The notes: a model not told the origin generated them from the letters alone. DNA of 63,134 bases, filler included, from Octopus bimaculoides (GCF_001194135.2; 7 parts of 7 records of this genome joined end to end with filler, not necessarily neighbours in it); one strand, 5' to 3'. Positions 26,060 to 38,809 are shown, counted from the whole stretch's first letter. Made by a program: numbers and translations.

Positions 26060-27445
26060 AATAATAATAATGGAAAAGCAAGGCCTTCTGGAGAGCGATC
26101 TGGGACCAATCTGTAGAGCATAATGATGAAGCGTAATGGCTTCCTAATGCACGTATAACTACTGGGATACATTTTACCTGCACTTACCTCTGTAATTCAA
26201 TGGCTAGGTCATAGTACTTTGCTATTTTTTCTATACCTCTCATTTTGACTTTCTCATCATTTGGGACCGTAAAGACTATCATCTGGCCCTTTCTATTCAC
26301 TTTATCTACTTCTACTAAATCAGGTCTTCTAGTTTCTATTACTCTGTTCATCTGAATGTTAAAATACCACAACATTTTATATTTCTTATTTTCTAGTACT
26401 TGCTTCATGTTCATACCATTTATCAGTGTGGTCAAATTCTAGCTTTCTACATAACCTCTAGTGGATTTCTCTCTCTAGGTTGTCATGTCTTTTCTGTGCC
26501 AGCATGCTACATTCATTTACTATATGGGTAACACTTTTTCTTTTGCTTTGCATAACCTACATTGAGAATCTACGTGGTTTTTGTCTATCTTGACTTTTAT
26601 CCAATTAGTCCTTAATACTTGATCTTGAGCCGCTACTAACAAACTGTCTGCCTCCTTTTTCAGCCTTCCTTTCTGCAACCATGTCTCATTACTACTATTT
26701 GCTGCGACTAACTTCGGGAATCTACCATGCAAAGCCATCTACTGTCAGTCAGATAACTTTTGTTCTTTTTTCTGACTTTTAACTTGTTTTTTTTTTTTAC
26801 CCTATGTCTTGCTGTGATTCTAGCTGCTCTTAATAAACTTTCTTCACTATTACCTACACAGGAGGTTATATCTGCTCTAGCTAACTCCGAGTAGTATTCT
26901 ATTAATATTAACCCTCTTCCACCTTCCTTTCTAAGTAAGTATAATCTTGTTAATCCTGCTCTTGAGTGAAGTCCTCCATTTATATTGAATTCATTCCTAC
27001 TTCTTCTGTTTAACTTTGCTAAATCAGATTTTGTCCAATCTACAAAAGCTACAAAATATTTAATACTGCCCAAGTATTTACAGCCTTCTCTAGATTCGGA
27101 CCATCTAGACTTGACTTCATTAGCGTCCTCACCATTCTGGTGTACTCTTTCCCATTTTTCATATTCATTTCTATACTTAGTACTCTGTCAGATTTAAATA
27201 CTCCTCGATACTTATATCTCTCTCCTTCTTTCTGTGATTTTAATGTCTAGTCATCTGATAATTGGATGGCTTCGTTGTTGACTACCTGTCCCCTTCTCAA
27301 GAAAAAAATCGCACACTTATCTATGCCAAGTTCCATGTCTATGTCTTTGCTGAAGATTCTTACAGTCTGTATTAAGGAATCTATCTATTTTTCATTCTTA
27401 CTAAAAAGCTTCAGATCATCCATGTAGAGCAAATGGTTAATTTTT
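26060..27445 (-). mobile_element. R4/Dong-clade LINE fragment (RT YMDD through endonuclease)
   Basis: KINHLLYMDDLKLF, LYLLRKEGGRGL, LHG.F, AAQDQVLRT, CRLC, RRPDLV.VDK and IPVVIRALG motifs. Many frameshifts. Confidence 0.87.
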
Positions 27446-27629
27446 CCCTTACTATTTCTGAACTAGGAGTAGGGGTAGGAAGCTGTAAGAATATATGGGA
27501 AAACACGAATGAGGGGGAATGGGTGAGGTGAGAGAAGGTAGGCAACAACTGGAAAGACCTGGGTAAAGGGTGGATGTAAGGAATGGTGGATAAGGGGTAG
27601 GGGATAATCAGTATTTATATATACAGAAA

Positions 27630-27767
<138 letters not shown>

Positions 27768-27899
27768 ACAGGGTATTTTCAGTTTCCTTCAACTAGATCC
27801 TCCAACAAGGCTGGCCCAGGGCTATAGTAAAAGATACTTGCCCAAGATGTCACACATTGGAAAAGGACCGAGATGAAAAAGTTGGAAAGCAAGTTCACT

Positions 27900-28290
27900 G
27901 GGCTAAATATTCTCAAACTCTTTCACATGATATACTAATAGCATTGGCTATTTGATTTATGGTTAATTATCTGCCATCTAACACCATATGGTGAAAACAA
28001 TCGATGTTTTCCTTGGTAGTGGCAGCTGCAGGACATCCAGATCATGGGTCATCTTCAAGACTCTGCCTTTCCCTCCTAAATTCAGCTGCCCACTTTTGCA
28101 CTGGTCATAAAGCTGGAGCATCATCCCTTAATATAGCAACCACATCAGCATGAATGTTGTTTGGGATCAAACAGTTTTCTGTGGGAATTGATAATACCTC
28201 GATGCCAAGCTTTGTCCATTTTGAAGAGAAGTCACAACCAGTAGCTTTTGAAGTCTTCTTTGAATAGTCAGATGTCAGTTTACCTGGAAA
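27900..28290 (-). mobile_element. mariner transposase N-terminal remnant
   Basis: Reverse complement reads IHADVVAILRDDAPAL.PVQKWAAEFRRERQSLEDDP.SGCP..TTKENID. Confidence 0.8.
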
Positions 28291-28320
28291 GAAACAATGC
28301 AGTTAATAATAAGAAGAGTA

Positions 28321-28530
28321 AGGCGGCGAGCTGGCAGAAGTGTTAGCATGCCAGGCAAAATGCTTAACGGTATTCCGTCTGTTTTTATGTTCTGAGTTCA
28401 AATTCCACTCAGGTCGACTTTACTTTTCATCCTTTTGGGGTCGATAAATTAAGTACCAGTTGCATACTGAGGTAGATCTAATCGACTGGCCCCCTCCCCC
28501 AAAATTTCGTGCCTTGTGCTTAGAGTAGAA
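28321..28530 (+). mobile_element. SINE family B (GGCGGCGAGCTGGCAGAA head, AAT tail)
   Basis: B box GAGTTCAAATTCC and GGGGTCGATAAATTAAGTACCAGT core. Other copies at about 1436-1650 (-), 11870-11960 (-), 12068-12255, 12361-13025, 13935-14130, 19790-20000 and 47350-47545. Confidence 0.8.
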
Positions 28531-28544
28531 AATAATAATAAGAA

Positions 28545-28895
28545 GAAGAGCTGAAATTAATGCAATCAAGATTTTACAGCCTCAAAAATGGAAAATTTGA
28601 CCTCAAAGACGCACTTCGTTCTGGCCGTCCAGTTGAGTTCGATGAAGAGTGATTAAACCAACTTTTGTACGAAAATTCTCGTCAAACTGGCAGAGTAAAT
28701 GGAATGCTCCCACACTGCTATAGAGAAGCATCTTCACTCGATGGGAAAGGTTCAAAAGTATGGAGCATGGGTTCCGCATGCTTTAAGTGACAACAACAAA
28801 AATCAACGAGCCACAATCTCCGCTGGTTTGCTTGCTCGTCACCGCTCAACTCATGGACACAAGCAACGATTTCTTTACCGTGTAGCAAACTCATA
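28545..28895 (+). mobile_element. mariner transposase remnant
   Basis: GKFDLKDALRSGRPVEFDE and HLHSMGKVQKYGAWVPHALS (WVPHxL motif). Confidence 0.85.
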
Positions 28896-29799
28896 AGAGG
28901 CGGAGAGAGAACGTAAGTTCGTTTGCCCGAACATGAGAAATTATTGATTTCTCATTGGTTAAAAATTACTGCCCATATACGAATTATGAACTTCGTTGAA
29001 GAAATCTTTCACGGGGTTACGGTTCTATGATTCGTGTATGAGTAGTTATAAAAACCCTGATTTTCGGCAAAATCTCCAGTGATCGTTGAATCNNNNNNNN
29101 NNNNNNNNNNNNNNNNNNNNNNNNNNNNNNNNNNNNNNNNNNNNNNNNNNNNNNNNNNNNNNNNNNNNNNNNNNNNNNNNNNNNNNNNNNNNNNNNNNNN
29201 NNNNNNNNNNNNNNNNNNNNNNNNNNNNNNNNNNNNNNNNNNNNNNNNNNNNNNNNNNNNNNNNNNNNNNNNNNNNNNNNNNNNNNNNNNNNNNNNNNNN
29301 NNNNNNNNNNNNNNNNNNNNNNGTAAATTCTCTACGACGAAATGCTTTGTTTCTAAATTTCTATAAATGTAAAAATATGTATATAATAAATTAATGTAGA
29401 AACTTAATTCCTTTTACTTCTCGTTTCTTTCAACTTGTTGAATTCATTTCTGTATATTAATGAAACTGTATTTGTTTATGTGTAACGGTCAAAAAAATAT
29501 AATATAAATCTTCAACATACATGTACGTATGAACTCACGTTCAGCGTCTTGGTATGTATACATCATAACATTTACGCAGCCTAAACTAAACTAAGAGTTA
29601 TGCTTAGTGATAAATACTTATAATTAAGTTATAAGTAACGAAATTATCATTATAGCTTTTAATTAAATAAACAATAATATTTGTTATAACTTTGCTAGAT
29701 CAGATTGGAGCCTAGTGCAACCTTCTGGCATACCAGCCCTCAGTCAAACCATCCAACCCATGCCAGCATGGAAAGCAGACGTTAGATGACGACGACGAC

Positions 29800-29829
<30 letters not shown>

Positions 29830-29830
<1 letters not shown>

Positions 29831-29930
29831 TAAAGTCTTGGCTCCAGACACAACCTACTGACTTCTACAGATGAGGTCTTCACAGCTGCATAAAACAATG
29901 GGAGAAGTGTGTTACCAGTGGTGGTGGCTG
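29830..29930 (+). mobile_element. mariner 3' end remnant
   Basis: DFYR.GL.....QWEKCVTSGG..VEK* resembles the mariner C-terminus. Confidence 0.5.
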
Positions 29931-30199
29931 TGTAGAGAAGGACTAATAATAATGCCAAGTTTCATCCATCCCAGTCCTTGGGAAGTGGGTCAGGAGAAAT
30001 CTTTAATGAACACCCCTCGTGCAATGGAGTTTTTTTTCAGTTTCTGTCTACCAAATCCATTCATAAGACTTTGGTACCCCAGGTCTATAATAGAAGACAC
30101 TTACCCAAAGTGCCTTGCAGTGAAGCTGAACCTGAAACTACATGCTTTGAAAGCAAATTTCTTATCACAAATCTTAAATCTTCTCTCCTTCTATTACAG

Positions 30200-30231
30200 G
30201 CCTAAGTATTGTGAAAGAACATGAATTACAA
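30200..30231 (+). CDS. Candidate 32-nt micro-exon of the carbohydrate sulfotransferase (stem region)
   Basis: Strong acceptor (ttctctccttctattacag) and gtaagt donor. Reads (G)LSIVKEHELQ with no stop, in phase with the exon at 31997. Confidence 0.55.
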
Positions 30232-31327
30232 GTAAGTATTTTTTATTCTTTTACTTGTTTCAGTCATTAGACTGCGGCCATGCTGGGGCACCGCCTTGAA
30301 GAATTTTTAGTCAAATAAATCAACCCCAGTACTTGATTTTCGTTTTGTTTTTTGTTAAGCCTCATACTTATTCTATTGGTCTCTTTTGCTGAACTNNNNN
30401 NNNNNNNNNNNNNNNNNNNNNNNNNNNNNNNNNNNNNNNNNNNNNNNNNNNNNNNNNNNNNNNNNNNNNNNNNNNNNNNNNNNNNNNNNNNNNNNNNNNN
30501 NNNNNNNNNNNNNNNNNNNNNNNNNNNNNNNNNNNNNNNNNNNNNNNNNNNNNNNNNNNNNNNNNNNNNNNNNNNNNNNNNNNNNNNNNNNNNNNNNNNN
30601 NNNNNNNNNNNNNNNNNNNNNNNNNNNNNNNNNNNNNNNNNNNNNNNNNNNNNNNNNNNNNNNNNNNNNNNNNNNNNNNNNNNNNNNNNNNNNNNNNNNN
30701 NNNNNNNNNNNNNNNNNNNNNNNNNNNNNNNNNNNNNNNNNNNNNNNNNNNNNNNNNNNNNNNNNNNNNNNNNNNNNNNNNNNNNNNNNNNNNNNNNNNN
30801 NNNNNNNNNNNNNNNNNNNNNNNNNNNNNNNNNNNNNNNNNNNNNNNNNNNNNNNNNNNNNNNNNNNNNNNNNNNNNNNNNNNNNNNNNNNNNNNNNNNN
30901 NNNNNNNNNNNNNNNNNNNNNNNNNNNNNNNNNNNNNNNNNNNNNNNNNNNNNNNNNNNNNNNNNNNNNNNNNNNNNNNNNNNNNNNNNNNNNNNNNNNN
31001 NNNNNNNNNNNNNNNNNNNNNNNNNNNNNNNNNNNNNNNNNNNNNTATCTGAACGCGGTTGATGCCGGCCCCCTCGCCCCGATTAGCTCCTGTGCCAGAG
31101 GCACGTAAAAAGCACCATCCGAACATGGTCGATGCCAGCCCCCTCTGTCCCCTGTTCCAGTGGAACGTAAAAAATACCCACTACACTCTCGGGGTGGTTA
31201 GTGTTAGGAAGGGCATCCAACTGTAGAAACACTGCAAGATCAGACTGGAGCCTGGTGCAGCCTTTTGGCTTGCCAGCCCTCAGTCAAACCATCGAACCCA
31301 TGCCAGCATAGAAAACGGACGTTAAAC

Positions 31328-31361
<34 letters not shown>

Positions 31362-31996
31362 GTGAATAGATAATAGATATTTATAATAATGTAAATAATG
31401 GTAATGCTAATAGCTGTGATAATCTATATCAGAGTTTCTCGACCGTTTTTTATCTATGAACCCCTTGGATTGCTGTTTTATTCTGGTGGACCCCCTGAGC
31501 CATTTGGTGTTTAAAAACTAATTTTATAGAAACTTCTTTCAAAATTCCTATTTTGTTTTCCACGCATTAAAATGTGTAGGTTGAATTATCTAAAATGTGA
31601 TAGAAATCTAGCTGTTTCTTGCAATACACACCAATATACACATCATCATCATCATCATCATCATCGTCGTCGTTTAACGTCCGCTTTCCATGCTAGCATG
31701 GGTTGGACGAGATTGATGTAAGTGAAATTACATCAATGAGATGTTGCAATATAAATGGATTGGCATCTTAAGTAAAGTGTTGTCACGTCAACCGAAAACA
31801 TGAAACCTTGTCATAAACTAAATATGCCAAATAGTTTATTTCTCGAGCTCAGGATTTCTTTAGATTTTTAATTGTAAGTAACTAATGTAATACCGTCTGT
31901 GTATAACAATTGTCTGACATGTACAATATGTGTATAAGATGTATATGATTGTACTTCTTTGAAATATCATTACTAGTATTATATTTTTGCTTTAAG

Positions 31997-32782
31997 GCCA
32001 CTGAATTACGTGACAGCAGAGATCTTTATCACCTACAAAATGAGAGGAAAAAGGCCCTGCAAGAAGCATGTAAGAATACTTCATTGACTCACAATTACAA
32101 TGATGCAATCAAGTTAATGCAAGTAAACCATAAAGATCAAATTTTATACTGTGGCATAGCCAAAGTTGGTTGCACATTCTTAAAACGTTTGCTGCATGTC
32201 TTAAACAGTGAAAAACTCTATAAATCTCCATTTGATATCACTCCAAACAATATACATATGATGCACTCTACCCTGATTGGAGACCTTAAAGAACCTAATA
32301 AATCACTTGTTGAAATCAATTACAAAACATTTTTATTTGTACGAAATCCTTACAAGAGACTCTTTTCTGGTTATGTTGATAAAATATTTACACCACAGAT
32401 GTCATTTTTATCTCACTATGGAATTTACATCATTAAGAAATTCAGAAAGAATCCTTCAGAAAAGAGTTTAAGATGTGGCCATGATGTCACTTTTGCTGAG
32501 TTTATTTCTTATGTTATAGATTCTTGCAAAACTAGAACTATGACAAACACACACTTTACTCCTATGTATCTTCATTGTGCACCTTGTCAAATACATTATG
32601 ATATGATTGGACATTTAGAAACATTACAGAATGATTTGCAGTTTCTAATCAAACCTGAAAGACTGGAAGCAGTGTTACCAGAGAATTTTCAAATGAGTTC
32701 CCTAAGAGATGAAATTTTTGATGCCGCAGATATAGCATTTAGGAATCTGAAGTCTAATCAAAATTGTTTTTCACCTTATGAG
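31997..32782 (+). CDS. Carbohydrate sulfotransferase (CHST8-14 / Sulfotransfer_2 family), main catalytic exon
   Basis: tttaag acceptor and GAG|gtaatt donor give 262 codons inside ORF 31949-32824. PAPS-binding motifs CGIAKVGCTFLKR and FLFVRNPYKRLFSGYVDK, plus HFTPMYLHCAPCQIHYDMIGHLETL. Confidence 0.92.
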
Positions 32783-32893
32783 GTAATTAACTATCTACAA
32801 TATTCACTTTGTCTTATGTTATAAATATTAAATTAGCTGGAATATCTGTATGTATGACTGGAGTAAGCTGTACAATTCTAATGCAGAATCAAT

Positions 32894-33017
32894 GGTACAA
32901 CTTAAATAAAGAGGTCCTGATGCATCTACATAACGATATAAAGAGGAAGTAACCCTAACCCTAAAACTAACCCTAATGAGTGAGCATTATTCGGGACCTC
33001 TGTATTTAAGTAGTGCT
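32894..33017. mobile_element. 124-bp MITE with 8-bp TSD (Merlin- or hAT-like) and internal CCCTAA repeats
   Basis: GAATCAAT at 32886-32893 and 33018-33025. CTTAAATAAAGAGGTCC pairs with GGACCTCTGTATTTAAG (16/17). Confidence 0.7.
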
Positions 33018-33122
33018 GAATCAATCAATGGTTTTACATTTACATGAAATCAAGTTTTCTGTTGTATTGTTGTATTGATTTTTTTGTTTTGTTCAATAAA
33101 AACATAGATTCGTATGATTAAT

Positions 33123-34437
33123 TGTGATGCATCTGATCTTAGGATGCTGCTATGTCTATTTAATTATTGGGCTGTCAGATAAATTCGTTTGCTTTTGTAG
33201 TGAAACCTTTCTCTCGGCCATTCAATCACAAATGATAATGAAGCTGCTAACATCTAGCCTTCGGCTACCTTGGACCCTTCTGTCCATCATCCTGGTTGGT
33301 TCTTATTTTTGCGCGGCAATTGTTCCCATGTTCTGCTTGCTAAGGGGGCATTACGTCCAATCGTGATTTCAGCTAAAGTCACGCGAGATAGAGTTTTTCT
33401 GGGTTTCCGGTGAGCCCTTTTTCGCCTATAAATAAGCCCGATCCAACGACGGCAATCGTCTTCGATTTCAGATCTCTCACAGGTCTGGTCGTTGACCACA
33501 CATATACAGAACACAGCTACAGCCAGTTCCAGTGCCGACGTCTTCACCACCAATGTACTGTCTACCATTGTCGTCGCCAGCAACACCAACATCAACAAGC
33601 GCGGTTTTATCTCGACCCTGTTTGAGTGGATGTTTCCACTCACGAATAATAGTCAGAACTATCCAGCTAGAATATACTATACCAGGTAACACAGGTCGCA
33701 GCATTCGACGCTCAACACACATAGTGTGATACTACAGCTCTGCTCCTTGACCACAACTTCCTGCGTATGAACATTCTATCTCCTTGTGTAATTTTAATAC
33801 GAACTGGTTTTTCTCTATCTCAGTGTTTGAGACTTTTTACTGTCTATGTTTCAGACACTCTTTCTATGTTCTGTGTTTCCTCTCATTCACACGCACACTT
33901 GTACTCTCACATATTGTACACACATTATTGTTTATACGACTGTTCGTCACTTCACATTGTTGTATACATTCTCTTGTATATAAAGGCCTGACTTATCTAC
34001 TGTGTTAATTTTATATGTCGCATGCACGCGCACACAGACACAAACAGTTTCACTTTGTTAATAAATTTATTCTCATTATATATCTAACGGTTGAGTTAGT
34101 CCTAAGTTCTTTTACTGGCACCATGGTTCGTATCTCTCACGATGAGCCTTCTAATCATATATATCTTTATTTTGTGTTCGACCGTGCGACATGGTAAAAA
34201 GGAGCCTTTCCCGTCTACGTCGCCATCTCCTTTGGTTTGCACGGTCGAAGTATTACAATTTTATATTATTTATTTTAATCCTTATTTTTCATCTATACTT
34301 TTAACAAATCAGTCAAAAATATATATTTTCCTTCATTGTTCATCACTACTTACCAATGTTCTGCTAACTCAATGGTAGAAATCACTGGATCTTTACACGA
34401 AAAATTCATTAAACCACAGTTTCAGCTCTACATCACT
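33123..34437. mobile_element. Possible solo-LTR-like insertion in the sulfotransferase intron
   Basis: CpG-richer block with TATAAATA (33427), ATTAAA near the end, and short terminal inverted GTGATG/CATCAC. No clean TSD found. Confidence 0.3.
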
Positions 34438-34499
34438 ATTGAACAAAATGCCTCACACACAGTTGTAAAGTGACTGAAAGAGGAAATAATCCGAAGGGG

Positions 34500-35110
34500 C
34501 TATATCAGAATAATACTGGGTGTGTGATAGAATATCCTAACCAAGCTCTTCAATAGCATTTTTTGTCAAGTTCATAACAGGGGGGGCAAGAGTTGTGTTG
34601 AGGTAGCAAGCCATATCAGTGGTTGGATTGTTTCAGCTCGATTGCCTTGTGCTGGTGCATTTGCTGAAGTTAAGGCTCTGCATTGACAGTGTGGTTGTTT
34701 TCAAACATTTTGTAATGGATTAGCCCTTCTCAAGCCCATCAAATGCAGATTATCGTCTTGCATGGATGCCTCATCAAAGCTCAGCTATTCTCATCACTGG
34801 TAACAAAGCAGTAAAGAAATCTCTATATTCACAATAGCCTGGTGTTGAGCAATCCCACTGGCAGTGACAGAAGAGTGCTGGGGTTTGTCTCTTTCCTTCA
34901 AAGTGTGTGGCACCCATACCCTGAGGTTTTGGACTTTATCCATCGAGTGAAGATGACAGGTGATGGTATCATGGGATCATCCCTTCTGCTGGGCCAGCTC
35001 TTTAATGGATTGGCACGGATCCTCATAGATATGTTAGTTCAATTGATCCTCATTGAACTGAATGGATCAACTGGAACACAAGTCTGTGAGGTCTAATTTT
35101 CCCTCATTGG
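34500..35110 (-). mobile_element. mariner transposase remnant in the sulfotransferase intron
   Basis: Reverse complement reads GKLDLTD...FNEDQL...EDPCQSIKELA...HLHSMDKVQNLRVWVPHTL. Confidence 0.75.
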
Positions 35111-35351
35111 AGCCATCATCATCATGGCTTGGGTTGGACGGTTTGACTGGGGACTGGCAAGCCAGGAGGCCACTATAGGCTCCAATCTGATCTGGCAGTG
35201 TTTCTACAGCTGGATACCCTTCCTAATGCCAACCATTCCGAGAGTGTAGTGGATGCTTTTTACATGCCACTGGCATGAGAGCCGGTCAGGCGGCACTGGC
35301 ATCGACCATGTTTGGATGGTGCTTTTTACGTGCTAACAGTACAAGAGCCAG

Positions 35352-35482
35352 TCGGGGCAGGGAGGCTGGCACAGGGCAGGGAGGCTAGCACGGGGCAAGG
35401 AGGCTGGCACAGAGCAGGGAGGCTGGTATGGGGTGGGGAGGCTGGCATGGGGGCGGATGGCACTGAGCGGGGAGGCTGGCAG
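35352..35482. repeat. G-rich ~19-bp minisatellite (GGGAGGCTGGCACAGGGCA), about 6 degenerate copies
   Basis: Direct inspection; lies at the end of a family D copy. Confidence 0.8.
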
Positions 35483-35823
35483 AATGTTAAAACCATTTCT
35501 GTACAGTTCTTTCCATAACAGTACCTTCTCTGTACACAGCACAAATGTTTCAAGCAGCTTTGGCAGTTTTGGGACCTTGACTGAAAATGAAGAAAACAAG
35601 GTGTTGGCACTCTACTTGGCACTTCATTATCATATGTCTAAAACAATAAGATAAACAAATTGTAGATGCAAAATAGAGCTTATAAAAACCCCTAAGACAA
35701 TACAATAAAGATATTTTTTTTGTGTTAATTCAAATGTCATTGGACAAACTTATCTGACAACCCAATAAATTATTCATTATAATCTCAATATTATCTGTAA
35801 TGTTTTTCTTTCAATATCAACAG

Positions 35824-36171
35824 ATTTTGGAACGCATATGGCGCCGTTTACAAATACGTGGTATATTGAATCAAAAGTTCAGTCTTCCATTAACCCCTGA
35901 AAAGGCTCAAACTATAAAGCAAGATGATTTTTATAAGATGTTAAACACATATCTAGAGAAATCTCAGATGGATCCAAGCACTTTTAACAACAGACGTGAA
36001 GCTATCAATGAAGCTTTTGGCACAGTGCCTTTACATATATTGGAAAAACTGCAGTCACACATGGAAATAGATTGTAAACTCTTTGGATATGACACTCAAC
36101 CAGATTTTGTATTTAAAGCAAAAAATTACGTGAACAAAAAGTTTAAGTATTTTAATGAAACAAGCAATTAA
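35824..36171 (+). CDS. Carbohydrate sulfotransferase, terminal coding exon
   Basis: caacag acceptor, phase 0 with the previous exon. Ends with the family motif DCKLFGYD and a TAA stop. Confidence 0.88.
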   Translation: MLERIWRRLQIRGILNQKFSLPLTPEKAQTIKQDDFYKMLNTYLEKSQMDPSTFNNRREAINEAFGTVPLHILEKLQSHMEIDCKLFGYDTQPDFVFKAKNYVNKKFKYFNETSN

Positions 36172-36819
36172 ATTTTATTTATAATACCGAAGACATGTTT
36201 TTGTTTATTTATTTATGTATATTAAATTACAGTATTTTATATTCTAAGATAGAGCAAATCTAGTTTTATCAACTGTATGTTGTATCACATCAGATTGTGT
36301 GAAAGATGTGTGTGAAAGTGGATACTGTTGGCCAAAGATACATAATGAAAACTGACACGGAGTTAGACAAAATCAGCTACCATAACACAAGAGGTAAAAT
36401 ACCTCTCAAATGTTTTGATAACAGATTTTATTAAGAAAGGGTTATACATGTTAGCATATATACAATATCAAATCTCCACTGGTTACAAGAATATTATGTA
36501 GGGACAACTTAACTGCTCATGCTTGGACAGAATTTGAACTCACAATGTAAAGAGAGACAAAATGTTGCCAAGCAATTTGCCTCACATGCTAATTTTTTCT
36601 GCCAGTCAATCACTTTACAGTATTTTTAATATTTATGACTAAGACACTGAATGTTCCAACCAACACCCCACAAAGAAACTTTTCCTGGATACAAATGAAT
36701 GAGGTCTCAATGTGATCGTTGTACATGCGGAGGGTACTTAGTGTTGTGAATTATAGCCAATATATGATTTTCACCATTTGTTGAGTAGAATGGCTATAAA
36801 TTACATCGAATGTAATATT

Positions 36820-37235
36820 GGCGACACAGAATCTAGGGGAAGGGTATTGGGTTGTGGTTAGAAATTAGAGATTATAGATTTATGTAAACCAGTTTAAAGT
36901 ATGCAAATACACGATGAACTTGGTGATGACACATCATCCTAAGCTCTGATTTACTAGTTAGTAAGTTCTCCTTATGCTTTAATATTTCGTCGAGTTTAGT
37001 GCAGCATAATTTGCAGCTATATATATTATTAGAATATGGTGGAGCCTTTCCAATAATGCTCCACATAATTCCAAATTAAATGTAATTGTCTTTTAATTGC
37101 CACATTTTCGAAGATAATGTAGTGCTAGTGGCCTTATCTTTGTGTTTAAACGAGGATAAATGATTATATAATCTTACTTTGAAGCCACATGATTTGCTGC
37201 CTATGTCGGTGAAGGTGTTAGTGTTATTATTGTTT
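36820..37235 (-). mobile_element. PLE GIY-YIG endonuclease C-terminal fragment (same lineage as 21.9-22.8 kb)
   Basis: IG....FKVRLYNHLSSFKH...TTLSSKMWQLK, then WSIIGKAPPYS...CKLC...LLTSKSEL..CHH (ORFs 37076-37333 and 36872-37066). Confidence 0.8.
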
Positions 37236-37781
37236 ATCCTTTGCTTAACTCGGAACCTGCAATTCGTTTGGATCTGGGGTATATAGATGGTGGTGCAGTA
37301 GGTGCAGTAAGCATACCCATGTGTGCCCCTCACAACTCGTTGTGTATTCAGTCAGTCACTTGTGAATGTTTGCATAACCGGAGAACAAATTCGTGTTCAC
37401 TTTAGTGAGTATATATTTGTCGTTATACATTGCTTTTACATAGTGGCACTATCACCGGCTCTACCTTGGTGCTTTCACTATTTAAATACCTGATTCTCTC
37501 GAATCATGGAAATTACACACACACACACACANNNNNNNNNNNNNNNNNNNNNNNNNNNNNNNNNNNNNNNNNNNNTTAATTAATTAANNNNNNNNNNNNN
37601 NNNNNNNNNNNNNNNNNNNNNNNNNNNNNNNTATATATATATATATATCCTGTAAATAATAATAATAATGGTATTTTTTTATATAAGCTTAAAGCTTATG
37701 GCGATCACCGTGCAATGACTAAGGAAAATAGTCTAATAAAGGGGCATGTAAGCCCTCGACAGAAGAAAGAAGGCTTTCCTA

Positions 37782-37851
37782 TCCGCGTGGGATTCGAACA
37801 AACATCCCTTTGTTAACGCGACTAGGTGTGTTACCTTTACACCAGAGAACC
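37782..37851 (-). other. tRNA-Gln-like Pol III promoter module inside a tandem/inverted repeat element (37649-38133)
   Basis: GGTTCTCTGGTGTAAAGGTAACAC (A box) and GTTCGAATCCC (B box). Does not form a convincing cloverleaf. Confidence 0.55.
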
Positions 37852-38151
37852 AACCTCCCCATTTCTGTCAAATTTAAGAACTATAATAGTTCGTGTTTGT
37901 TTTCATGTAAACAAACTTTCTATATGCTTTCGGTGCGAATATTTTTTATACGGCGTTGAGTTTACAATCCTGTAAATAATAGATTTTATTAGACTATTTC
38001 CTTAGTCATTGCACGGTGATCGCCATAAGCTTTAAGCTTATATAAAAAATACCATTATTATTATTATTATTATTATTTACAGGATTGTAAACTCGGCGCC
38101 GTATAAAAAAACCATTCGCACCGAAAGCATATATGTATATATACATGCGTG

Positions 38152-38241
<90 letters not shown>

Positions 38242-38809
38242 ATTCAACCAGCATTGGTTTGTTTATGTATCCGTAACTTAGTGGTTCTGAAAAAAAAGAC
38301 AGATAGAATAAAAGACAAGACTTTAAAAATAATCACAGGGATCGATTTGTTCAACTAAACCCTTCAAAGCGCTGCTCCACCAAGGCTGCAGTCCAATGAC
38401 TGAAACAAGTAAATAACAAAAAAATGATATAAGAAGATATGGTAAATGATGAAATGAAATGATAGAAACAGTGCAGTTCCTGATAAAATACCCTGCCGTG
38501 ATTAGTGACATCCTTTTAACGTTCTGAAATATCTCAGTGAAGATGATTTTGCGATTTGATTAATGGTTGAACATGAATTAATCGATGCGCTCGAGTCGGA
38601 TCAGCCTTCTTTACAAACGTGCTAGCTTGTGCTAGGGTTAGCTATCAGCACATATAGAATGTAGGAAAATGCTGCAGTAGATTGCTTATGAAACTAAATT
38701 TCTCAAGAATTTTACTTGATACAGTTCTATATTTAAGAGATAAGGAATTATATACATTATTTACATTATTTACATTTGATGGAAATTTATCCTCATCTTG
38801 TTTCTTGTT

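Noticed and set aside
31949-31996. ORF-track start of the sulfotransferase (MYFFEISLLVLYFCFK) as a signal anchor
   Set aside because: The start codon is TTG and the stretch is the pyrimidine-rich acceptor region of the intron.
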